Source: a virus
Taxonomy: Duplodnaviria; Caudoviricetes
Virus record (IMG/VR): IMGVR_UViG_3300036881_000024
Coordinates: 1-61,419 of that record
Reading direction: 5' to 3' (one strand)
DNA: 61,419 nucleotides
The translations under genes and the position numbers were made by a program. Positions 53,590 to 61,419 of the stretch are shown one piece after another. Numbering within the stretch: the first letter of the stretch is position 1; each line of letters opens with the position of its first letter. Below the pieces are notes generated by a model. That model saw only the letters and a program-made list of their open reading frames with translations. It was not told where the DNA came from and did not search any database.

Positions 53590-55578
53590 TCAAAGCGGTG
53601 AAAGTAGCAGGTTCTGTGGCGCAGCCGGTGTCGGTGTGGGCGGCGTGCTCGTGTAACATGTGTTGGCGTCGAAGGCGAGCACGGACCCTGTACCGTCCTG
53701 TGGTCCGCTCATCGTCACAAAGTAACAGTTCGCGGCAGGGATCAATGCGGCATGGCTGGCTACGCCCGGAATTGTCCCTGTCGCTACATCCGGCCCAATC
53801 GCAGGCCACGAAACCGATCCCCACCAGGAGGGCTTCGAGGTTAGCCAGAAGGACGCGGGCAGCGTGTGGCTGGCCGGTACGGAGTTCGCATAGCCGTCAC
53901 TCAACCCGCTGGGAACTTCTCCACTGACCCACCGCACAGCCGCGTTGTAGGTATCGTAGTTCCCCCAGCGCATCATCGAGGTAACGGTGTAGGGGTCGGC
54001 TAGAACAGTGGTATCCGCTTCCGTATCGCCCGCACCGAGGTCGTAGATCGTGTGATCCGGCCCGTCCCCCACGCTGGTCTGATAGGCCGTTGGATAAGGG
54101 GAGCCGCAGTTGCCGGGGAAGGTCGAAGTCGCATTGTTGCATCCAAGCACGTTCCCGATCACGTTCTCGAAACGATTGTAGGAATAAAGCTGAAAAGCGG
54201 CGGTGTTTACGGCCTTGCCTGGTGCCCAGCCGACCACATAGTTTCGGAAGGTCGTGTTCGCCCCACCCGTGCCGTGGAAAGCATCCTCGGCGAAACCCTC
54301 CGAAATGTTCCCCTCGAACAAGTTGTATTGCGCCCCAGCATCGTGACGGAGCGAGTCCGCGATCATCCAGTCGGACACGGTGTAGGGATAATCGATCATG
54401 AAGTTGTAGGCGAATACGGAACCTGTCGAGGGACCATTCACGAGTCCACCCGTCACCTGCTGAAAGATGTTGTTCTCGACAAGATTATCTCCGGCCATGA
54501 ACGACTCCACGCCGTAGCTCACCGAGGCGGAATTGTCGCTCAAATAAAAGTAATTGTTTGCAACGGTGATGTGTGCGCTCTGGTAGAGCCACACATGATT
54601 TCGGTTGGGCTTGATCCCCCGCACCCCGGTTTCCCAGCAGTTGAAGGCATTGAGGAACCACGTCCCGACATTGTTGTTCCCGACGCCGGTACCCGTGGAG
54701 TCGATGGTCAGATTCTCGATGCCGGAGTTCTGCATGTTGTTCGCGGACCACCATGCGCCAGGGGAATGCGAAGTATCCCACTTGAGGCCGTAAAGCCCCG
54801 GCGTGATTGTTACGCTGAAAGGCCCAGCGCCCGTACAGGCAGAGGCGCACCCGCTGACGACCTTGACGAATTGAATCAGGTTACGCTCTACGCCGCCGGT
54901 AACACGTCCCGGCGCCCCACCTTCGAGCGAGCATCCGTCCGTTGCGCTTACGTTGTCGCAGATTAGCATTCCAGTTGAAAACGTGGTTGAGGGCGTGGCC
55001 GGATTGTCATTGATCTGGTCGAGGTAGATGTACTGTCCGTTCACGACGCCGGCCGCCCCAATGCTCGATAATTGGATGGTCGTCGCGCCCTGCGAGTAGG
55101 TATTGTTACACGCCCCGCTTGAGGCGGTCCCGCAGAACGTTGCGGCGTTCGATCCACCCGGCTGCGTTGGCGAACTATCAACACCGTATCCGTTCGAGTC
55201 CTTGAAGCAGATCGATGCCCCCAAACCGCCGCAGCTTCCTGCCGCGCTAAAGACGAGAAGTGTCGAACTCGACCCGCTGCCGCGCAGAACCACGTTCGGA
55301 ACCATGTTGAGGCCGGTTGAAAGGTTGAAGGTTCCCGCGCCAAGCAGAACGTAGTGATTCGCCGCACAGCCATTCAGAGCCGATTGGATCGTTGCTGCGC
55401 TGGCTCCTGCCGCGATGGTCGAGCCGCATTGCGTCCAAGTTGCGGAGGGAACGCCGCCTACCACGCCGGGCGAGGTAGCTGACCAGTCGATTGCGCGCGC
55501 GGGTGCGATGACGCCGGACCATGGTTGTGCATGGACAATTGTCGAGAGAAGCGCGAGGAACAAAATAGCGTGCTTCAT
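53590..55578 (-). CDS. Secreted right-handed beta-helix glycanase/depolymerase (pectate lyase/GH55-like)
   Basis: Signal MKHAILFLALLSTIVHA-Q; ATIQSALNGC...VLLGAGTF...VVLRGSG; repeated (L/I)VENNIF-type rungs. Confidence 0.8.
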   Translation of the reverse strand: MKHAILFLALLSTIVHAQPWSGVIAPARAIDWSATSPGVVGGVPSATWTQCGSTIAAGASAATIQSALNGCAANHYVLLGAGTFNLSTGLNMVPNVVLRGSGSSSTLLVFSAAGSCGGLGASICFKDSNGYGVDSSPTQPGGSNAATFCGTASSGACNNTYSQGATTIQLSSIGAAGVVNGQYIYLDQINDNPATPSTTFSTGMLICDNVSATDGCSLEGGAPGRVTGGVERNLIQFVKVVSGCASACTGAGPFSVTITPGLYGLKWDTSHSPGAWWSANNMQNSGIENLTIDSTGTGVGNNNVGTWFLNAFNCWETGVRGIKPNRNHVWLYQSAHITVANNYFYLSDNSASVSYGVESFMAGDNLVENNIFQQVTGGLVNGPSTGSVFAYNFMIDYPYTVSDWMIADSLRHDAGAQYNLFEGNISEGFAEDAFHGTGGANTTFRNYVVGWAPGKAVNTAAFQLYSYNRFENVIGNVLGCNNATSTFPGNCGSPYPTAYQTSVGDGPDHTIYDLGAGDTEADTTVLADPYTVTSMMRWGNYDTYNAAVRWVSGEVPSGLSDGYANSVPASHTLPASFWLTSKPSWWGSVSWPAIGPDVATGTIPGVASHAALIPAANCYFVTMSGPQDGTGSVLAFDANTCYTSTPPTPTPAAPQNLLLSPL

Positions 55579-55589
55579 TTACTCCTCTC

Positions 55590-56018
55590 CTATAACACGG
55601 TTCCAATCAAATTCTGCAGTGCCGCGGGGGTCGAGTTCATCGCTGGCCCTCTACTCAGAATGTATCCTGTTGACGTGAATGTGTCCGCTCCGTCTGGGGC
55701 ATCCCACTCGATTTGCGCCACGTAGCCGTTTGGCACCGTTACCATGACCGCGCTCGAAGGCGGACTGATCCCGTAAAGAGCGACATTCGGCGGAACGATG
55801 GCCCATGTCTCCACCGTGTAGCACCAAGTTCCCACACCAGGATCGTCGATTGCGGTCAAGCCCGTGATGTTCGCGTTTAGGGTGTTGTCAGCAGGGGCGT
55901 TGATCTCTGTATAAGTAGTTCCTGTACAGGTCTGTGCTCGACAGACAACCGAGCAAGATAGGGCCGCACACGGAAGCGCAAAAATCAGGGCTGCTAACCA
56001 TGCTGTAATCCGGCGCAT
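55590..56018 (-). CDS. Secreted permuted FN3-like protein
   Basis: Signal MRRITAWLAALIFALPCAA; TWCYTVET, SPPSSAV, IEWDAP, GYILSR, PAALQNL. Confidence 0.6.
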   Translation of the reverse strand: MRRITAWLAALIFALPCAALSCSVVCRAQTCTGTTYTEINAPADNTLNANITGLTAIDDPGVGTWCYTVETWAIVPPNVALYGISPPSSAVMVTVPNGYVAQIEWDAPDGADTFTSTGYILSRGPAMNSTPAALQNLIGTVL

Positions 56019-56992
56019 TACCAGCCTCCGGTTGTGCAGATCGAAGAACCACCAGAGTAACTTCCCGTATTCGGCCCGTAGACCACACCGCTCTTGACGT
56101 TGGTCGAACCGGGGTCTGTTGGCATCAGTGTGGCGTGGCTGTCGATGGTTCCAAGCGTGTAACTGGAGTCTTTTGGGTAGAGGATATAGCTCGTGGCGGA
56201 TGGCGTGTATAAAATTGGGCCGGACTGCCCTGTCGCCTTCAGTCCGTTGATGATGTTTCCGTTAAGCGTGAACGTACCGGCAGTCCCGAAAGAATAACAA
56301 CCTGCCGTGGCGACTGTGTTTGACCCAACACAATTTCCGTTCACCGTAACTGAACCAGAGCCGCCATTGACAAGATTCATTCCATAAGCTGTTGTCGCGC
56401 TTCCCGATGTGACATTTCCTATGATGGTTAGCGCCCCGCTACCAACTCCATATACCCCCACTGCGCTCGATACACTCCCTCCGGTGACGTTTCCGATAAT
56501 GTACTGAATCGTGCCGGACGTGTTGATAAATACTGGTTCCGAGTATGTCTCCACAGACGACCCGGTAACGGTCCCGCACAAGGTGCCTCCGCCAGAGCCG
56601 TTCATCAGCAGGGTGTATGAATTTGCTCCCGCGATCACGTTGGCGTGAATCACGAGAGTTGTGGCCTGATATTGAAACGAGCCTCCAAGCGAAGCATTGC
56701 TTTGAATTGTCACCTGAACCGTCGTCGTCCCGCAGACTCCTTGACTTGCTCCCGTAGCCGTTCCGGGATCGACGTTGAGTTGGATTGTGATGCAGCCGTT
56801 CGCATCGAATACGTCCCCGTTGGCCTGAGCACCCCAAACCAGAGCCGTGCCGCTTCCCGTGCATGATCCTGTCGAAGTCGGAACCCACAGTGAGGTTGCG
56901 TTGATGTTCGCTGATGAAGAAGTGGCGTACCAAGTCGTCGCGTAGAGCGGAGCGGAAAGCAGCAAGAATAAAAGTGGCAGAAATCTTTTCAT
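56018..56992 (-). CDS. Secreted G/S/T-rich beta-helical fibre-like protein
   Basis: Signal MKRFLPLLFLLLSAPLYA-T; IIGNVTGG rungs; C-terminal NVKSGVVYG. Confidence 0.7.
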   Translation of the reverse strand: MKRFLPLLFLLLSAPLYATTWYATSSSANINATSLWVPTSTGSCTGSGTALVWGAQANGDVFDANGCITIQLNVDPGTATGASQGVCGTTTVQVTIQSNASLGGSFQYQATTLVIHANVIAGANSYTLLMNGSGGGTLCGTVTGSSVETYSEPVFINTSGTIQYIIGNVTGGSVSSAVGVYGVGSGALTIIGNVTSGSATTAYGMNLVNGGSGSVTVNGNCVGSNTVATAGCYSFGTAGTFTLNGNIINGLKATGQSGPILYTPSATSYILYPKDSSYTLGTIDSHATLMPTDPGSTNVKSGVVYGPNTGSYSGGSSICTTGGW

Positions 56993-57000
56993 GGCTATCC

Positions 57001-60000
57001 TCATCGGGTCGTGGTCATCACGCATTGTATTGATGTGCTGGTGCCATCAGCGACGAACGTCCAGTTGGTCCAGACATTTGAGGCGATGGTCGTCGTCGCG
57101 CTCTGCGTGCCAGCGACAAAAGTATTGGCCGTGTTCATTGTGATCGCGCCAGTCAGCAGCGCATTACTCCCGCTGTCAGCCACATTCGCCGTCGAGGTTC
57201 CACTGTTGTCGGCTTGGCAGGTTACGCCTGTGATCGTATAGGTCACGCCGTAAACATTCAGGCAACGGGCATTGACGTGGTAGGTTGCCGCCACGATAGC
57301 TGATCCGCCGCCCCATATACCCACACCGCAGGGAATGATACGGTTGGCGGTAGGCAAATCCGTCGCAGCAATGGCACGGAACGCAGGGGCCGTGGCCGTG
57401 GCAAAGAGCGCCTGGGTTGTGGTCGTGCTGGCTGCGATGGTGGATGGAGCTGCGCTCGCTCCGCCGCCGATCATCACCCCGTACTGGGTAAGAAGCGCGG
57501 ATGCCGACTCGCTCGTGGTCGTGTCGTACCACGGAATTGCACCTGCCACGCCCGCAGTCTTCGCCGCGTTCATGGTGTACGTGTTCGAGAGCGTGGTTCC
57601 GTCCGCGACGGTGAGCGTCGAGCCGGTAGCAGGAGCCGTTACTGTGACTTTGTTGATGCTCGTAGAACTGGAAAGCGCGGCAGGAAGATCAGCAGCCGCA
57701 ATCGCGCTAAAAGTCCCTATTCCCGCTCCGGCAGTCGCGTGAAGCACGTAGGCCGTGTTGGAAGACGAGGCCGATTCCGCGATCAGCGTGTCACCGCTTG
57801 CGATGGGGAAATACTCTGTGATTGTTCCCAGCGCCCCAGTGATCGGCTCAATGGTCAGCAGTCCGCTGGTCGCGTTGCCCATCGTGAGGGAGCCGAGCGT
57901 GCCCGCAGCGCCCAGTGTCGGCGTAGCGGTCCACGAGGCCGCGCTGCTGCTGGTCGTGTCGGGGATGGTTCCCGCTGCCGCGCCCGCGCCGAAACTCACG
58001 CCGTTGACCGCGCTCACGGTCGGGGTAGCCGTGGTCACCGTCGTAAGCTGTCCAGCCGCGTTGTAGGTGATGACCGGGATTGAAGTAGCGCCTCCGGTCG
58101 GACCAGCCCCCGCGATAGTTCCGCCAAGGACTACTTGATTCGATCCGGTCCCGGTGGGCAAATCAGTATAGGCAATAGCCGCGAAGTTCGCCACGCCTGC
58201 GACTGCCGTGGCATGAGCAACATGCGTTGTCGTCGTGTCGCTGTTCGCGCCCACCATGTACTCAGTGGTATTCGGGAAAGTTAGCGTGACTGCGCCGGAA
58301 GACGCCGGATAAGTCGAGGTCGTGAGATTGGTCAATGTTCCGGTGACAAGCTGATTGCTCGCGGTTCCCAGATTCAGCGGCTGATTGAACGTACCCTTAT
58401 TCGTCGCGAAGGTCAGCGTGGGCGTGCCGGAATCCGCGCTTCCGACCGATCCGCCCGCTGCAAGTTGCAATGCTCCCCCGCTGCTCAGTGTCGAGGTTGT
58501 AGAGGGAGTTTGCAGTGTTGTGGTTCCCCCGCCTGTCACCAGAGCGGTTGAGGTCAGGTTGCCAGAACCCACGACGGTGACTGTGCCCCCTCCCGGCGTT
58601 GCGCAAGTCCCATCGCTTTTCAAATAGCCTGAGCATGATCCGCTCGCCCACAGCGAAACCACGTCGCTGTACCCAGCGTCAGAGAGCGCTCCAGTTGTGA
58701 TGGTGTTCTTGACAATGCCAGTGCCGAGGGTCGCCCAATTCTGATTACTGCTGCCAAGCGTGAGCGTCGCGGTATTTACAACCCCCGTCCCGCCGTTCCC
58801 TGCCGCAAGCTGAGTCCCTGACCAGTTCCCGTTATTGATTGCACTGGCGTTTGCCAACGTCCCGAATGCACTCCCGTTGGCGTTGGAGATTTGGGCGGTT
58901 AATCCTGTCCCGTCTATCGTGGTGATGCTCGCCGATGCGCCTACCGGAATGATGCACGAGGAAGGAACACACGCCAGTGTGGGACCGCCTGTAACGATGG
59001 TGACAGCCGCCGTGCCCGCGTTATAGATCGCCGCGAGGAATCCCGCGCTGGACGACGCTGGAGACGTTGCGTTGACCGCGCCGGACCCGGTGAAGCGATA
59101 GCACGCATTGGTCGCAAACGAGAATGCGGAAGTCTCAGGAGTGCAGTTGGGAAGCGCCGCTGCTGGCGCATATCCTGCATCCGCGATCTGGCCCCCTGTG
59201 CCTGTATATATCGCCGCATTGCCGCTGGTTACTCCGCTTGCAGGTCCAGTCGTGATCCCTGCGCCTGTTCCGGCGAGTGCTTTACTACTGGTTACCGTAG
59301 AGGCCGAAGCGGCGAGAGGAACCTGCCCGGAAGTCATGCCGGACAGCCCCGAGCCGCTTCCCCCCGCTGCGAATGTGCAGACTGACGGATTCGCCGCCGT
59401 GCAGGAGAGATAGGTATTAGCCCCCGAAGGCTGTGCGACAGGAAGTTGAAGCGTGTACGAGGTGATCGCGCCTGTGGCGGGTTCCAAAGTCAGCAGCCCG
59501 CTTGTCGCGTTGCCGAATGTCACGGAGCCAAGCGTTCCCGCCGCACCGAGCGTTAGAGGCTTGTTGACCGTGACGCTGTTGGTTCCGAAGGTGATTCGCG
59601 GCGTTCCAGTATCGGAGCTTCCGAGTGACCCGCCAGCAGGCAGCGTCGTGGCTCCCGTGCTTGCATGGTAAGTCGCTGACACTACGTCCAACGCCTGATT
59701 TGATGAAGAGTTGGCGGGCGCGAGAACCAGGTAATAATCCGTGCTATCGGATTTCGTCGTCGTGGCAGCGTTGGTTGCGTTCGTTGCTGTCGTAGCTGTA
59801 CTGGCGGAACTAACCACCAACGTGTTGACGTTGATTGCAGTGGGGGCCAGCGCTGCGCTTCCTGTTATTACCCAACCCATCGCATAGGTTCCGTTCACAG
59901 TCGGCGAGGCTACGTCTGTCAGCGCCGCAGCCGTTCCTGCGCTGTACGGGATCGAATACTGCGGGATATTGATGAGAGCACCGAGGTGCGCCTGAGTAGC

Positions 60001-61419
60001 TGACGTAATCGATGTGCCACCGCTGAACTCCGCAAGCTGTCCGGAGGACGGAGAGCCGGTTGTAGTGACGGTGCCCGCCCCGGCTGGCGTATCGCAACTT
60101 GGCCCGCTGGTCGTGTCTCCCGTCTCGAATTGCCCAGCCGTACAGCTTCCCGTTCCTGCCCGCGCTGCCGCAGCCCCGGAAAGATCGTAGGTATTCGTAT
60201 CCAGCGCGAACGTGCCTGCCGCGGTCATCTTCACGAAGGGGCTTCCCGAGGCCCACGTAGGATAGTTCAACGCGCCCCAGGTGCCTACGGAGGGGACAAC
60301 GCCACCATCCGCGATCAACGTTCCGCTCGTGTTGTTCATCACGGCAAGGTGCCCGACCGTCGCTCCGCTTCCGGGGCCGGTCACGGGGTTGGTCAACGCA
60401 TTCTGCTTTCCGTTGAACGTGCTCCAGTTTGTTGAGGAAAGATAGCCGTTGTCGGAGGAATCCGCGACGTGTTGCTCGACGATCATGTTCGCGCCGCTGA
60501 TCTTGGGCGTGAGCGCCATATTGCTCGCGTCCGGCGATGGCGTTGCGGCATTGATGTTCAGAGAGCCAAGCGAGGAGCCGCCGTTCACCGTCACGGTCGT
60601 GCCGCCGCCTGAGACTCCGCAGGTCGGGCAAGAGAAGTCAATCGTGTTTCCTGTCGGAGTAGCAACGATAGGCGACGTGCCGGTGAAGTTGACCACGCCG
60701 GCCGTCGGCGTGACCGGGGTTCCGCCCGCGTCGATGCCGGTGATATTGCCGCTTGGGGTGCCGCAGCCAGACCCATCAGTCTTAGCGTAAGTTCCTGCAC
60801 CGCAACCGCTTCCGACGAGAGTGAGATTCAGAGCGGCAAAAGGAGCATATCCACTGGTCTGATCATAGGCATAAACAGTTCCACCCGCCGCGTCATTATA
60901 CAGATAAGTGTTTGGCGAAAAATAGCTCAGGATCGTCTTCGCGCCGTCCTTCACTCCGGCAGATGGATTAAGAGGAATATCTTCTACCCGCGCGAAAGTG
61001 CCGGCGAGAGATGGATAGGTAAGGGCAATTCCCGAAGCAAGATTTGATTGGTAGAAGTGGTAAAAGTACCCGTTCGTCAGGTTCGTCGCGTTGAGTGGAA
61101 AGATGAACGAGTACCCGCAGTTCGACGGTAGCGTTGCACTCCACGCGGCGGCTGCGGAAGCACACTGAACAAAATCGATGTTTCCACCGTTGTCTCCTTG
61201 AACCGAGGAAGCGTAGAACGTGCTCGATCCAGTGTTGGCCCAGTAGTTCCATCCGGGTTGAGAGAAAACCGAATTGGCCGACATATAGTTCGGTTGCGCG
61301 GTAGACCCGGAATAAATCGGAGTCGGAGCTTGCTGATTCAGAGGCATCAGCGTATTTAGAAGCGTGGTCTGTGCGCCAAAACCCAACGTGTAATTTACGT
61401 TTCTCTGGAACCAGGATTG
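57001..61419 (-). CDS. Giant tail-fibre-like protein, C-terminal part (5' end beyond the window edge)
   Basis: Frame stays open to 61419; fibre motifs GYLSSTNWSTFNGKQNAL, WSGTQLAAGNGGTG and IPVITYNAAGQLT; many Cys pairs. Confidence 0.8.
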   Translation of the reverse strand, partial: QSWFQRNVNYTLGFGAQTTLLNTLMPLNQQAPTPIYSGSTAQPNYMSANSVFSQPGWNYWANTGSSTFYASSVQGDNGGNIDFVQCASAAAAWSATLPSNCGYSFIFPLNATNLTNGYFYHFYQSNLASGIALTYPSLAGTFARVEDIPLNPSAGVKDGAKTILSYFSPNTYLYNDAAGGTVYAYDQTSGYAPFAALNLTLVGSGCGAGTYAKTDGSGCGTPSGNITGIDAGGTPVTPTAGVVNFTGTSPIVATPTGNTIDFSCPTCGVSGGGTTVTVNGGSSLGSLNINAATPSPDASNMALTPKISGANMIVEQHVADSSDNGYLSSTNWSTFNGKQNALTNPVTGPGSGATVGHLAVMNNTSGTLIADGGVVPSVGTWGALNYPTWASGSPFVKMTAAGTFALDTNTYDLSGAAAARAGTGSCTAGQFETGDTTSGPSCDTPAGAGTVTTTGSPSSGQLAEFSGGTSITSATQAHLGALINIPQYSIPYSAGTAAALTDVASPTVNGTYAMGWVITGSAALAPTAINVNTLVVSSASTATTATNATNAATTTKSDSTDYYLVLAPANSSSNQALDVVSATYHASTGATTLPAGGSLGSSDTGTPRITFGTNSVTVNKPLTLGAAGTLGSVTFGNATSGLLTLEPATGAITSYTLQLPVAQPSGANTYLSCTAANPSVCTFAAGGSGSGLSGMTSGQVPLAASASTVTSSKALAGTGAGITTGPASGVTSGNAAIYTGTGGQIADAGYAPAAALPNCTPETSAFSFATNACYRFTGSGAVNATSPASSSAGFLAAIYNAGTAAVTIVTGGPTLACVPSSCIIPVGASASITTIDGTGLTAQISNANGSAFGTLANASAINNGNWSGTQLAAGNGGTGVVNTATLTLGSSNQNWATLGTGIVKNTITTGALSDAGYSDVVSLWASGSCSGYLKSDGTCATPGGGTVTVVGSGNLTSTALVTGGGTTTLQTPSTTSTLSSGGALQLAAGGSVGSADSGTPTLTFATNKGTFNQPLNLGTASNQLVTGTLTNLTTSTYPASSGAVTLTFPNTTEYMVGANSDTTTTHVAHATAVAGVANFAAIAYTDLPTGTGSNQVVLGGTIAGAGPTGGATSIPVITYNAAGQLTTVTTATPTVSAVNGVSFGAGAAAGTIPDTTSSSAASWTATPTLGAAGTLGSLTMGNATSGLLTIEPITGALGTITEYFPIASGDTLIAESASSSNTAYVLHATAGAGIGTFSAIAAADLPAALSSSTSINKVTVTAPATGSTLTVADGTTLSNTYTMNAAKTAGVAGAIPWYDTTTSESASALLTQYGVMIGGGASAAPSTIAASTTTTQALFATATAPAFRAIAATDLPTANRIIPCGVGIWGGGSAIVAATYHVNARCLNVYGVTYTITGVTCQADNSGTSTANVADSGSNALLTGAITMNTANTFVAGTQSATTTIASNVWTNWTFVADGTSTSIQCVMTTTR

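Noticed and set aside
1-61419. Stop-codon reassignment, tRNA genes or an integrase/att site
   Set aside because: Core genes are intact in the standard code and use all three stops. No cloverleaf or recombinase motif was recognised by eye; a tRNAscan or HMM run would be needed to exclude them fully.

Overview
This window is a near-complete ~61 kb tailed dsDNA phage genome with a podovirus-like layout: terminase, portal, scaffold, capsid, tail-tube-like genes and ejection proteins, and no tape measure. The host is possibly Acidobacteriota (inferred from protein style only). Both window edges fall inside a giant minus-strand fibre-type ORF and share a 126-bp identical repeat, so the genome is probably circular or permuted. 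Virion genes run on the minus strand (about 32 kb down to 3 kb, and 61 kb down to 50 kb). Early and accessory genes lie at 32.7-50 kb around two divergent promoter regions. No integrase, DNA polymerase, primase, tRNA or CRISPR array was recognised. Main observations: (1) the helicase intein carries its endonuclease as a separate gene in another reading frame inside the intein; (2) a run of fibre, depolymerase and FN3-like genes carries Sec signal peptides and many cysteine pairs, and includes circularly permuted FN3-like subunits; (3) a 14-bp palindrome occurs 7 times across the genome; (4) a 54-nt pseudoknot RNA motif is duplicated, with covarying stems; (5) the portal gene holds an intein; (6) there are homing-endonuclease relics, a split methyltransferase and gene cassettes bounded by RBS repeats. 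All assignments come from reading motifs by eye; no database searches were run.
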